Below, in pieces: positions 49,861 to 61,489 of a stretch of DNA of 64,000 nt; position 1 is the stretch's first letter; the number at the start of each line of letters is the position of its first letter. Position numbers and translations under genes: made by a program. The stretch covers positions 128,001-192,000 of the forward strand of contig JBFWNL010000002.1 of the NCBI GenBank assembly GCA_050251055.1. The letters run 5' to 3'. The notes beneath the pieces were generated by a model. That model saw nothing but the letters and a program-made list of their open reading frames with translations, was not told the origin of the DNA and did not search any database. Source of the stretch: Bacteriovoracia bacterium (GTDB taxonomy: Bacteria; Bdellovibrionota; UBA1018; JBFWNL01).

Positions 49861-50723
49861 GCCGACTCCTTTTTGATTTTGTGTGAAATGGGGAAAAGCT
49901 GCAGGCAAAGCTGATAGACCCGGCCCACCGAGCCGCTGTCCTTCGCCACGAGTTCGAGCACCTGCTCCTTAAACTGCCGCGAGAGCTGCTTGATCTCCTG
50001 GGCGCATTCGTCGGAAACCGCGAGCGTGATCGCCGATAGATCCCGCTCCGTCTTGGCGAAACGGTCAATCGACTCCGAAGCGATGCGGATCATCTGCTTG
50101 TGATACTTCGTCACCAGGGCCGAAGTAACGTTGTCGGGAGTATTGACGATCTTCGCGCATTGAACGAGCTTTCCGCCTTCGTCCCGTTTGACCAGCCCCA
50201 GCTGCTCGAGATCGTCGAGGGCCTTACGGGCCTGGGCGGTCGAGATCGTGGGGTTTAGCTGTTGCGCGATGACCGCCGGATTTTCGTCAAAGCCGGGTTT
50301 ACCCACCATCTCGCGAATCGGGATGTAAAACCACTCCGCGAAGTAGTTGTACTGAGCTTCCTTAAGCGGATAGATCTTCTTGAAATGGGCGCTCAACACC
50401 AGGGCGGTGGCGAAGCGCTCACGCTCCTCGGAGTTGGCCGCCTGGTTCAAGCCCACGAGATTCGTGAAGAACGCGCCTTCGGGGCGAGAAAGGCCCATGG
50501 CGTCGATCGTTCGCTGCGTGCTCGCAGGCGAAAGGTTTCGCTTTCCCGAAATAATGAGTTTGAAAAAATTGGAAGAGCTGTAGCCCGCTGCCTTGGCGAA
50601 ATAGCGATAGGAAAAGAACCGCTTATGGGACTTCATATAGTTGTAGTAGTCCCCTAAAAAGACGCGGTAGTCGCTATATTCAAAAATATTGGGTTTCGAT
50701 GCCCCGACGGAACTTGGCCCCAT
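49857..50723 (-). CDS. TIGR02147-family (DUF4423) putative DNA-binding regulator
   Basis: IFEYSDYR.FL, FSYR.FA..AG.SS.N, GKRNL, WFYIPIRE, YHKQM, VYQL.LQLFP; clear paralog of 36729-37652. Confidence 0.85.
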   Translation of the reverse strand: MGPSSVGASKPNIFEYSDYRVFLGDYYNYMKSHKRFFSYRYFAKAAGYSSSNFFKLIISGKRNLSPASTQRTIDAMGLSRPEGAFFTNLVGLNQAANSEERERFATALVLSAHFKKIYPLKEAQYNYFAEWFYIPIREMVGKPGFDENPAVIAQQLNPTISTAQARKALDDLEQLGLVKRDEGGKLVQCAKIVNTPDNVTSALVTKYHKQMIRIASESIDRFAKTERDLSAITLAVSDECAQEIKQLSRQFKEQVLELVAKDSGSVGRVYQLCLQLFPISHKIKKESA

Positions 50724-50742
50724 AATTCCCCTTCGAATCTTA

Positions 50743-50790
50743 AGAATAGCCAATTAAACGAACGCGCATAATGTGTCCGATTTTACCCGG
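50743..50790 (-). promoter_or_regulatory. Promoter with conserved upstream box (TIGR02147 locus 2)
   Basis: CCGGGT-N6-GGACACA-TTATGC-17-TATTCT. Confidence 0.6.
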
Positions 50791-51048
50791 TCTTCCCCGC
50801 GATTCAGGCCCCCCGCACACGCCAGCACACACGATTCGGCGATGAAAACGCCTATTCGTGGTCCCGTCGAACGCCCTCCCGCATAGTGGAATCAGCAAGT
50901 GTCTGGGTCAATTTTTGATACCGACCCGACGCGCCGATCTCGGAATGGTCCGGGGTTCGGGGGCATCCACGGCTAAAGAAAGTCGCCCTCATTTAGCTTG
51001 GATGTCCCCGACGGCGTTGCTTGGCGTAAATTACTGGGGGATCGGGGC

Positions 51049-53109
51049 ATGTTCACACGTCCGCACGCACGCACGGGATTCACGCTCTTGGAAGCGACGG
51101 TCGCGACCGGCGTGCTGGGAATTCTCAGCCTCGTTCTGGCGAATGTTTCTCAAAACGCCAACAAGATTTCCGTCCGTGCGATGCGTACCAGTGACTTCGA
51201 CGGCGCCATCGGCCTAATCCGTCAAGCCGTGACGGACGGAGTGGGTTGCCGGAATCTGTTCGCCAATTCACTCCAAGTAGGTGGGACCCCAGAGATTTTC
51301 TTCACTCCAAACGCCGCCGGAGCGGCGATCGATGCGCTTCGCTTGAATAACCAGGTCTATATGCAAAGGGGACAGCCCGTACCGGGCCTCACGGTTCGCG
51401 ACATTCGGCTCGTGGGACGCACCGATCTGGGTGATACGTCCGTGACCGTCACGGTGGCCGGAGTCCCCCGCACCATTTCCGCCCGCCGATGGGTTTCCAG
51501 TCTGCGGGTTTCCGCCGCCGAGGACCGTTCCACCGCGCAGGCCCGCAGCCTGGCTTCGACGGGCTCGGGTACACGCCAAGCGGAAATCGGCGTGCTCGTG
51601 ACTTCAGCGCGCAGCAACTCTTTCGGCATCCCCGAGGGAAGGGTACTCGAGTGCAGCGCCCAGGGGAGCGCACAGGACGTGTGTGAAAACCAGCTCGGCG
51701 GCCGCTACGACCCAGGCCAAAGCCCCAGCTGCATGCTGGATCAGGTGAACGTCACCGATGACTTTGCCTATCGAAACGACATGCAAAACCGGCTCGCCGT
51801 CGACGGCGCCCCCCTCCTTCACAAAGGGATCGCGGCCGAGGGCGACCTCGTGCTGGGTCACGTGGGAAACTCGGGCGCGCGCCGCTGGATGCATTTCGGA
51901 TTGCGCACCCCCCGGCCCATGGCCGGTAGCAGCTACTACAATTTCATTGGCGTCGGCATGCCGTGGTACGCGGGCGACCCCGCGAATACCTCATCCTCGC
52001 TGCAATTAGGCTTGATGGACAACAGCGTGGTCGCACCTCCGGCTGCTTCGAGCGGCCTGAATGTAGACGCCGTCCTCGGCGTCGTGGGCAAGTCATCGTC
52101 ACGGCTTCGACTCCAGCAGACATTTTCCGGCATCACCGGTCCCGCGCTCGATCGTGTTACCGCCGGAGTCGCCACCCCCGCGGCATGCGCTTCGGCAGGC
52201 CACAATCCGGCGTCGGATAGCTGCGCCGGACTGGTGAGCATCGGCAGCTTCGGGCCGAACGGCACGATTACCGGAAGCAGTGTGGATCTAGACGTGGCCG
52301 GCAAGATCACGATTTCGCGGGCGAACTCGGCCTTTCCAAGTACTCCAGCTGATTACGGCGCCGCGATTCGGGTCGAAGCGGCCCGCCCGCTACCCCAGAC
52401 TAACCCGCTGACTCCGGTGGGCGACATCCGGGGTCTGCTCCTCACCCGAAACGAAGATCTCGGCATTGATTCAGCCTATATTGGCCTCCGTAACCGACCC
52501 GCGACAGAGGTCCAGGCCGGTACTCCGGTGGGTCCCGATCGCAACGATCTCGTTCTCATCGTGGGGGATAACGACGGGCGAGGCACCGAAGAAAGCGACG
52601 GACGTGGGCCCGACGAAATCCGCCTTTTCTCGAAACATCACAGCGCTCCACTCAATGAGCTCGCCACTTTCAGCCCCAAGGGCGGTATTGGCGTCGGGCC
52701 TACCGCAGCGAACTTAATGACTATAAACGGCTCCGTGCGAATCGTGGACGGGAACCAAGGTGCAGGCAAAGTGCTGGTTTCGGATGCCGCCGGCAAGGGC
52801 GCATGGCAGCCTAGCCCGGGCATCGATCTGAGCCAAGCATCGGGGTCCGTCACCTGGGCGGCCGGCGTGAAGGGCGGCGGCGGCGGCAACAACTGGGGCG
52901 AGCCTTACCAGCAATGCTTGAGTACGAACGGAGCTGGCACCTGTACCGTGCACAACACGGGAACTCCGATCGCGCTTCTTGGTTGCAACAATGGGCACGG
53001 CCTCATGCACTTCGTGACGGGAAGCCGCGTGGGCGCGCCCCCGGCCGGCAACACCGATCCCCAGTGGACCACCACTTACTACCGCAGCTACTGCATCCCT
53101 CTACCTTGA
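51049..53109 (+). CDS. Large type IV prepilin-like protein with fibre/adhesin-like C-terminal region
   Basis: Class III signal G|FTLLEATVATGVLGIL; CENQLGGRYD..C; DGNQGAGKVLVSDAAGKGAW motif; Cys-rich tip. Confidence 0.8.
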   Translation: MFTRPHARTGFTLLEATVATGVLGILSLVLANVSQNANKISVRAMRTSDFDGAIGLIRQAVTDGVGCRNLFANSLQVGGTPEIFFTPNAAGAAIDALRLNNQVYMQRGQPVPGLTVRDIRLVGRTDLGDTSVTVTVAGVPRTISARRWVSSLRVSAAEDRSTAQARSLASTGSGTRQAEIGVLVTSARSNSFGIPEGRVLECSAQGSAQDVCENQLGGRYDPGQSPSCMLDQVNVTDDFAYRNDMQNRLAVDGAPLLHKGIAAEGDLVLGHVGNSGARRWMHFGLRTPRPMAGSSYYNFIGVGMPWYAGDPANTSSSLQLGLMDNSVVAPPAASSGLNVDAVLGVVGKSSSRLRLQQTFSGITGPALDRVTAGVATPAACASAGHNPASDSCAGLVSIGSFGPNGTITGSSVDLDVAGKITISRANSAFPSTPADYGAAIRVEAARPLPQTNPLTPVGDIRGLLLTRNEDLGIDSAYIGLRNRPATEVQAGTPVGPDRNDLVLIVGDNDGRGTEESDGRGPDEIRLFSKHHSAPLNELATFSPKGGIGVGPTAANLMTINGSVRIVDGNQGAGKVLVSDAAGKGAWQPSPGIDLSQASGSVTWAAGVKGGGGGNNWGEPYQQCLSTNGAGTCTVHNTGTPIALLGCNNGHGLMHFVTGSRVGAPPAGNTDPQWTTTYYRSYCIPLP

Positions 53110-53122
53110 AGAAGCGAAACTA

Positions 53123-54328
53123 TTATTGATGATGGTGGAAAACGGACTCGCTGAGGCGTGGATCGCCGATGGCGAGCACATTGTGTTTGCCCAGGAAACG
53201 CGCCACCACGAGTCCAAACGCGCCCACGAATCCTAACGTGACGAGCAGCTCGAGCGGCACCACGCGGGGGCCGTCGGCAAAAAACTCCGGCTGCACCATC
53301 CACACCACGTCCACCCACTGGGCCACGAGCATCCACCAGGCCATGAAGGTGAGCAGCTTCACGTTCCGCTTCGCGTGACGCGAGATGAGCATCAAGAACG
53401 GAAAGATAAACTTGCCCACGAGCAAAAACACGGAAACGTAGCCCCACTCACCGGCGAAACGCTTCAGGAAATACCCCGTTTCTTCCGGCAGGTTGGCGTA
53501 CCAGATCAACATGAACTGGGAGAATCCGATATACGCCCAGAAAACCGTGAACACGAACATCCACTTACCGAGATCATGAATGTGATTGGAGTTCACCACG
53601 TCCTTCAAATGGCCGGTGCGGATGAGATAGAAGGTGAGCAACGTCAGCGCGGCATGAAACGAATACATCGCGCCCGCAAAGCAGTATACGCCGAACATGG
53701 TGCTAAACCAGTGTGGATCGAGCGACATGATTTGATCAAAGGCGATCATGGTGAATCCCACTCCGAACAAAATCAGGACGGGCGGCGACATCGTACGGTT
53801 CTTTGCCGTCAGCGCATAATCCTTAGTGGTGTCCTGCTTGATGGAGTTACCGATCATTTTCTTGGCGAAGAACCAGAGAAGAAACAGGGCGCCGAGATCC
53901 CGGATGATTAGGAAGTTCGAGGACAGGTAACCCGACTTGGCCTTGAGGATGATGTCGTTCTGCACGACCTCGGTATGGCTCCACTCGTAAATATGGTGGA
54001 TACCGACAAAAACCACGATCGAGCTAATGAGGGCGACCGGGAAGTAACTGGTAAAAGCCTCGCCGAGCCGCCGCACCGGCGCACTCCACATGGCCCCCGT
54101 GATCCACTGGATAGCGGCGAAAAAGAGACCCGCCACGCAGAGGGAGAAAAAGTAAAAGTGATTCACCACGAAGATCGACCAGGCACGCTTCTCTTCCATC
54201 TTCAGCAGGCCCAGGAACGAGCCGATTCCGATGACGACAAACACCCAGAACATCATCTTCATGCCGCCCGAGATCTGAAACGAACCCGGATTGCGGATTT
54301 CTTCCGAACCGTTATGCGCGTGTCCCAT
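53123..54328 (-). CDS. actF: Alternative complex III subunit ActF
   Basis: About 10 TM helices, MSLDPHWFSTMFG, HDLGK.MF.F..FWAY..FSQFMLIWYANLPEE; operon position. Confidence 0.9.
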   Translation of the reverse strand: MGHAHNGSEEIRNPGSFQISGGMKMMFWVFVVIGIGSFLGLLKMEEKRAWSIFVVNHFYFFSLCVAGLFFAAIQWITGAMWSAPVRRLGEAFTSYFPVALISSIVVFVGIHHIYEWSHTEVVQNDIILKAKSGYLSSNFLIIRDLGALFLLWFFAKKMIGNSIKQDTTKDYALTAKNRTMSPPVLILFGVGFTMIAFDQIMSLDPHWFSTMFGVYCFAGAMYSFHAALTLLTFYLIRTGHLKDVVNSNHIHDLGKWMFVFTVFWAYIGFSQFMLIWYANLPEETGYFLKRFAGEWGYVSVFLLVGKFIFPFLMLISRHAKRNVKLLTFMAWWMLVAQWVDVVWMVQPEFFADGPRVVPLELLVTLGFVGAFGLVVARFLGKHNVLAIGDPRLSESVFHHHQ

Positions 54329-54334
54329 AATTTC

Positions 54335-54898
54335 TTACCAGTCCTTTGCTGCCTTGAGGTCTTCTTCCGTCGGATGCTTCGCCCGCTGGATCGCGCGCAC
54401 GTAATGCACGATGGCCCAACGATCGGATACCTTGATCTGCGACGCGTAACTGGGCATCAGGTTCTGCCCCATGGTCATGACATGAAAGATGTTGCCGTCC
54501 TTCCAGTTCCGGACCTTGTCCGACTGCAGGGATGGCGGCTGCGGGAACTTCGGAACGACGCTCCCATTTCCCTCACCGAAAGGACCGTGACAAACGATGC
54601 AGTAAACATTGAACATCTCACGTCCACGTTGAAGGTTCGCCCGGGTCATGCTGAGGGGGTTGCGATTCTCCCCCGCCCGCTCGGCCGCGTTCTTATACGC
54701 GTAGATCTCGAAGTCGCGCGGAATGGTGCCCTTCACCGGCTGCCGCATGGACCCGATCTCCTGGGCCTTGAACGACGGCTGGTAAACCATGTCCGGCATG
54801 TAAATGAAATTCGGTTTCTCATGCTTGCCGCAGGCTACGGTCCCGAGGGCGAGGACCCCGGCCGCGCATGCCATAACGATTGGTGCGACTTTCTTCAT
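54335..54898 (-). CDS. actE: Alternative complex III subunit ActE (monoheme cytochrome c lipoprotein)
   Basis: Lipobox TVAC, MPDM...PS.KAQE, CIVCH, MPSY, RWAIVHYVR. Confidence 0.9.
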   Translation of the reverse strand: MKKVAPIVMACAAGVLALGTVACGKHEKPNFIYMPDMVYQPSFKAQEIGSMRQPVKGTIPRDFEIYAYKNAAERAGENRNPLSMTRANLQRGREMFNVYCIVCHGPFGEGNGSVVPKFPQPPSLQSDKVRNWKDGNIFHVMTMGQNLMPSYASQIKVSDRWAIVHYVRAIQRAKHPTEEDLKAAKDW

Positions 54899-54900
54899 GG

Positions 54901-55500
54901 CTAAAACCACCCTTCGTTAAATACCTTGCGCACATCCTTGGCTCCGGCTTGGGTCAGGAAACCCATGGCTTCCGTTTCATCGAATCTCTTCACCTTACCG
55001 CCACTCTCCGTCGCTCGATCCCGCTCATCCTGCGGCGCTTCGATATAGATAGCGAAGCGATCCCGCGTGATGGCCGGGTCGAAAATTTTTCGCGTAATGT
55101 TCGGCAGGCGATTGAAGAAGAACATGCCGAACACGGTGGCGATCCCCGTAAACAAGATCGTCAACTCGAACATCACCGGGACGAACGCCGGCCACGAGTT
55201 CATAGGTTTGCCGCCGACGTTAATCGGCCAGTCGATGACGGAAGTCCAATACTGGAGGCCGAAGCCGACCAAGCAGCCGGTGATGCCCGCGCCGAAGGAC
55301 ACGTAAGGCAGGAGCGAGCGTTTCAGCCCCTGCGCCTCGTCCATCCCGTGGATCGGGAAAGGCGTGAAAGCGTCGTAGGCGCGGTACTTCGCGTCGCGGA
55401 CCTTTTCCATGGCGTGGAGGATGGATTCGGGATCATCAAAGAACCCGAGCACACCCGCGAGTTGATTCTTAGGTTGCGAGGAATGTGAAGCCGAGCTCAT
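54901..55500 (-). CDS. actD: Alternative complex III subunit ActD (DUF3341)
   Basis: DAFTPFPIHG, WPINVGGKP..SWPAFVPV.FELT.L. Confidence 0.92.
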   Translation of the reverse strand: MSSASHSSQPKNQLAGVLGFFDDPESILHAMEKVRDAKYRAYDAFTPFPIHGMDEAQGLKRSLLPYVSFGAGITGCLVGFGLQYWTSVIDWPINVGGKPMNSWPAFVPVMFELTILFTGIATVFGMFFFNRLPNITRKIFDPAITRDRFAIYIEAPQDERDRATESGGKVKRFDETEAMGFLTQAGAKDVRKVFNEGWF

Positions 55501-55503
55501 GGA

Positions 55504-56863
<1,360 letters not shown>

Positions 56864-56877
<14 letters not shown>

Positions 56878-59800
56878 GATGATCTCCTGCGGCTTCCGCA
56901 CGGTTGCGAACCTTGGATAGGTAAGTGATGGCGGGCTTGGTGTTGAGCACTTCGAGCACCCGCATCGCGCGCTGATCCTTGGCGAGCTTGGCGACCGCCG
57001 ACTCCGGGTCGTTCAGGTCACCGAACACGATCGCGTTTGTCGAGCAGGTCTGCTGGCAGGCCGGCTTGATCATGCCGTCCTTGAGCTTGATGCCCAGATC
57101 CTTCGCCTTGCTCTTGCCTTCTTGGATCCGCTGTACGCAGAACGTGCATTTTTCCATGACCCCCCGGCCACGCACGGTGACGTCAGGGTTCCAGGCGTTA
57201 TGCATCGGTTCTTGATAGTCCTTCCAATGATCGAAGAAGTTGAATCGACGGACCTTATAAGGACAGTTGTTCTGGCAATAACGGGTACCCACGCAGCGGT
57301 TGTAGGTCATCTCGTTCAGACCTTCATCGCTGTGGACGGTGGCCAAGACCGGGCAGACCGTTTCACAGGGTGCGTTGTCGCAGTGCTGGCAGAGCATGGG
57401 TTGGAAAACCACGCTCGGCGCATCCGCCGGGCCCGAGTAGTAGCGATCCATGCGGATCCAGTGCATCTGGCGGCTGACGCGAACGCGATCGCGGCCCACG
57501 ACCGGAATATTGTTCTCCGCCTGACAAGCCACCGTACAGGCGCCGCAACCGGTGCAGGCGTTGAGATCGATGCTCATGCCCCACTTGTGGCCTTTGTACT
57601 TGTGCTCCGACCAAAGCGTGCGAGTGAACGTGTCGTGCTTCAGATGCGGATCGGTGTGCATCGTGTAGCCGGGGTTCTTCCGGTAGGTCGCCAGGGTCAT
57701 TTCATTATAGATGGGGCGATCGTTGCCCATGACGTTGATGGTGTTCGACCACTGCGCGCGGGCAACCGAATAACGAGTGCCGGTCTTGGTGACCGAGACT
57801 TCCGCGCCGGAGAAGATCAGTTGGCCGTTCTTCTCGGTGACGAAATGAGTCATGTCCTTACCCGCGCCGTTGCCGACCAGGCCCGCCGCCGTGCGCCCGT
57901 AGCCCAAAGCCACGCTCACCGCGTTCGGATGCATGCCCGGTTGCACGACCACCGGAAGGATCACGGAGTCGTCCGCCTGGCCGCCCTTCGGGGTCACGCG
58001 TACGACATCGTCATCGGTCACACCCAACTGCTTAGCCGTGGCCGGGCCGATGTTAATGTAATTGTCCCAGGTCGCCGTGGAAATCGGATCTGGCAGCTCC
58101 TGCAGCCAAGCGTTGTTGGCGAAACGACCGTCGCCGATCGTGCCTTTCTCGTACAGGGCCAAGCGCAAGCCTTCTCCCCCACTCTTCGCATAGGCCGGAA
58201 CACGGCTGAGGCTCGCGGCGCGGAAGCTACCTCCACTCGCCGAGGGCACCGCGGCCAGCACGACGCCCTTCTGCAAGGACGCGTCCCAAAACTCGTCGAA
58301 CCCGCGACCGGCGCCGAAGCGGCCGTGCATCGTTTGCTTCCATTGATTCTTCAAGTACGCGTGCCAATCACTGCCTTCACCCAGCTTCTTGCCGGACCAG
58401 GCGAGCAAGCAGTCCTGGAACGAGCGCGTGTCGTACATCGGCGCGATCGTCGGCTGCTGCAAGCTGTACACGCCCCGGCGAGCCGAAGCATCGCCCCAGC
58501 TCTCGAGGCCGTGGTTTTCCGCGGCCACGAAGTGCGCGTGCTTGGCGGTTTCGTCCACGCGATCGGCGACCGCGACCACCATCCCCACCTTCTTGAGCGC
58601 GGCTTCGAAACCGAGCGAAGCCGGGAGGTTATAAACGGGATTCAAGCGGTGAATGATGAGCGCCGAGACTTGGCCCGCGTTCATTTCCGCGATCAACTTC
58701 TTCACGCCCGCGAAGCTCGCGCGCTTGTCGACGGCTTGGCCGGCGACATCGATGGTGCGGCCGTAGTTGCCGAGCTCGACGTTGAGCGCGATGAGCGCGA
58801 TCTGAAGCCCCAGCGCGTTCGCGTCCCGCGACGTCAGGCCGCCGCCGACCACGATCGACTTACCGCGATTATGATGAAGGCCCGAGGCCACTTCTTTGAT
58901 CTTCGCGACCGTAACTTGTCCGCCCAGCTCACCCGCCACCGCTTCCGGCGTGTAGCCGCCCAGGGCCGAGTTACCGGCCGTCTTGCCACCGAGGCGCATC
59001 ACTTCGTGCGTGAGGGCGCCAACGATCTTCAGCTCCGCGCCGACCGGGATGATTACGCGCTCATCGGCGTTGGCGCCGGTGAGGCTCATCACCGATTCGA
59101 AAATCGTGAGCTTGGACATCTCCGCTTTCTTCGGGTCCTGCTTGTCGAGTACGCGCCGCTTGGTCCAATCGTTGGTGTGCTCGAGCGGGTTAATCCACTC
59201 GCCCAGGAAATCGGCGCCCACACTCACCACTTCCTCGGCATGCTGGAAATGGAAATGGGGCTGCACGCGGGAGCCGAAGGCGATCTCGTGCGCATCCCAC
59301 ATTTCTTCCAGACCGTGTGGCTCAAATTCAATGTGCTGGGCGCTTGAGCCGCCCAAACCGCGCAAGAACTCGCCAATCAAGGCCGTGGTCGAAGGCCCAA
59401 TGACTTCATCGCTCAGGATGCGCACGCCCTTGCCGTTCGCGCGCAGCTTTTTCATGATTTCGCCGTCGAGCTGATCCCAGGTCGCCTTGTTTCCGCCGGC
59501 CATCGGGTGGCGGAGGCGATCCGGATCGTAGAGGCCCAACACCGAAGCCTGGCCCTTCGAGCACAAACCACCACGGTTCAACGGGTGGTCGGGGTTGCCT
59601 TCGAGCTTGATCGGACGGCCTTCGCGCGTCTTCACGAGCGTCCCGCAACCGGTCGAGCACTCTTGGCACGTCGAAGCGTAATGGTTCGCCACGCCGGGCA
59701 CGATTTCCTCGGGCTTTACGACGTACGGGATAATCTTGTGCACTGGGCGCCGCGCGCAAGCCATCGTGGCCATCGCCATGCTGGCGCCCATGATGGTCAT

Positions 59801-59983
59801 GAAGTCGCGCCGAGCGAGGCCGGCCTTGTCGAGACGATCGATCATGCCGATCGTTTCGATGGGCTTGTGCAGGAACTCCTGCTCACGTTTTTCCATGGCT
59901 TGGGCGTCTTCCCAATAGCTCGCATCGAGCTCTTGCATCGACTGCCAATACCGAGGGGGGGTGAAGTCTTTGTTCTTTTCCAT
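56864..59983 (-). CDS. actB: Alternative complex III subunit ActB (molybdopterin-oxidoreductase-like plus Fe-S domain)
   Basis: YWQS, Tat-like [54 protein letters not shown]. Confidence 0.95.
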
Positions 59984-59995
59984 AATCGTCGCGTC

Positions 59996-60613
59996 CTAGT
60001 AGTGACAGGTTGAGCAGTTGACGGGAGCCACGTGCAGGCCCGTGGGATCCGCCACGTCGGGATGTATCCGCTTAGCCACGTCGGGCGGCGTGGTCTTGCC
60101 ACGATGGCAATCCAGACACCACCCCATGCTCAGCGATGCATGCTGATAAACTTTCGCCATCGTCTGCACTTCTCCGTGGCAGGTTTGGCAAGCTACGCCC
60201 TTCTGCACGTGACGGGCGTGATTGAAGAAAACGAAATCCGGCAGCTCATGGATGCGTACCCACTCCACGGGTTTGCCTTCGTTATAGTGCTCATGCAGTT
60301 TTTGGATCCAAGGGCTGTCGGTCTTCACGACCCGATGGCAATTCATGCACGTCCCCACCGCGGGAATCGAGGCGTGGCGGGATTTATCGGCAGCCGTGTG
60401 GCAGTAGCGGCAATCAATTTTCAAATCACCCGCGTGTTGTTTATGACTGAATGGGATTGGCTGCGTGGGCGCGTAACCTTGATTGGAAGCGCTCGGAAAA
60501 ACCGCGGCGACCGTTGCGATACCTACTCCGCCCATCACGACCACTGCGATTACAAGCAGCAGTTTTTGCGCGACGGACAGCGAGCCCAAGCCAAAACCAG
60601 AGTTGCCAGACAT
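59996..60613 (-). CDS. actA: Alternative complex III subunit ActA (pentaheme cytochrome c)
   Basis: Five CxxCH motifs (CRYCH, CMNCH, CQTCH, CLDCH, CSTCH), QPIPFSH, N-terminal TM helix. Confidence 0.95.
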   Translation of the reverse strand: MSGNSGFGLGSLSVAQKLLLVIAVVVMGGVGIATVAAVFPSASNQGYAPTQPIPFSHKQHAGDLKIDCRYCHTAADKSRHASIPAVGTCMNCHRVVKTDSPWIQKLHEHYNEGKPVEWVRIHELPDFVFFNHARHVQKGVACQTCHGEVQTMAKVYQHASLSMGWCLDCHRGKTTPPDVAKRIHPDVADPTGLHVAPVNCSTCHY

Positions 60614-60626
60614 GTGCACCCACCGT

Positions 60627-60658
60627 TTATAGTTATGTAATAATTGACAAAACTATAA
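60627..60658. promoter_or_regulatory. Candidate operator upstream of the act operon
   Basis: Imperfect dyad TTATAGTTATGTAA-TAAT-TGACAAAACTATAA immediately upstream of actA. Confidence 0.5.
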
Positions 60659-60771
60659 CTCACGTCGGGTGGACTTCTTAGGTTTTTTTTAGGAATGGAG
60701 AAAAAAATCCGGGTGGCCCAAGCGAATGGCGACACTGAATATCGTATTTGAAATTTTGCGCAACTGGAGCG

Positions 60772-61395
60772 TTATTCGCCTACCGCGTCGCAACGACCGC
60801 GCATCAAATCCAGGTCGAAAATACGCCCGATATCGTCTGCCAGCTTGGGATTCGTGAAGTATTGGCAAATGGCGAGCGTACAGGTCGTATTACACTCGAG
60901 CAGGTAGCTGCTGAGCTGAAAACCGCGATCGGACGTCGAACCGATATTGAAGAGGCCCGTTTTGTATTCCTGCGCGCTGATTTGGGCCTTCAGACACTTG
61001 AGTGCCGGCACTTCGACGCCGGGCTGGGCGGCGATGCCGATATCCAAAAGCGAAGCACCGAAGTTTTTGCCGCAACTTGCCTGCATCGAGCTAAAGGCGT
61101 GCTCGGTGAGCTCCTGGCGACGCTCAAGTGGAAGCGCGGTCGTCCGGAGATTTTCCATGTGGTTTTCCGATTTATAGCCTTCCAGCAAGCTCTTCGCGAT
61201 GCTCACCCCGGTCTTGCATGCGGCCTGAGTGTGAGCCTCCGTGGAAAGGCGTACGCATTCGTCTTGGGCGTAAATCACGGCTTCGTTGCTGGTCGAGTTA
61301 CAGCCGATTAGGGTGAAGATCCCCATCATGGCGACCCCGAAGACCCCAGCCAGGAACTCATTTTCCGTCCAGCGACGCTGCTTGTGGTTTTCCAT
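60772..61395 (-). CDS. Cys-rich hypothetical lipoprotein
   Basis: Hydrophobic segment with LIGC lipobox and multiple Cys; start uncertain. Confidence 0.6.
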   Translation of the reverse strand: MENHKQRRWTENEFLAGVFGVAMMGIFTLIGCNSTSNEAVIYAQDECVRLSTEAHTQAACKTGVSIAKSLLEGYKSENHMENLRTTALPLERRQELTEHAFSSMQASCGKNFGASLLDIGIAAQPGVEVPALKCLKAQISAQEYKTGLFNIGSTSDRGFQLSSYLLECNTTCTLAICQYFTNPKLADDIGRIFDLDLMRGRCDAVGE

Positions 61396-61489
61396 CGCCC
61401 CGAGTTCTATCAAAGGGAGTAGTAGTTGACAATAAAAATATACTATTGCCGTAAATCAAAAATAGTAAAATAATTACAACAACTTAAGA

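Noticed and set aside
57122-59347. 741-aa plus-strand ORF (also 41996-42685, 53975-54904, 55696-56337, 60032-60640)
   Set aside because: Antisense shadows of well-conserved act/cta genes caused by high-GC codon bias; no recognisable motifs
60748-61311. 187-aa plus-strand ORF opposite 60772-61395
   Set aside because: The minus-strand ORF has a lipobox and a coherent Cys pattern and matches neighbouring gene orientation; the plus ORF has no supporting signal
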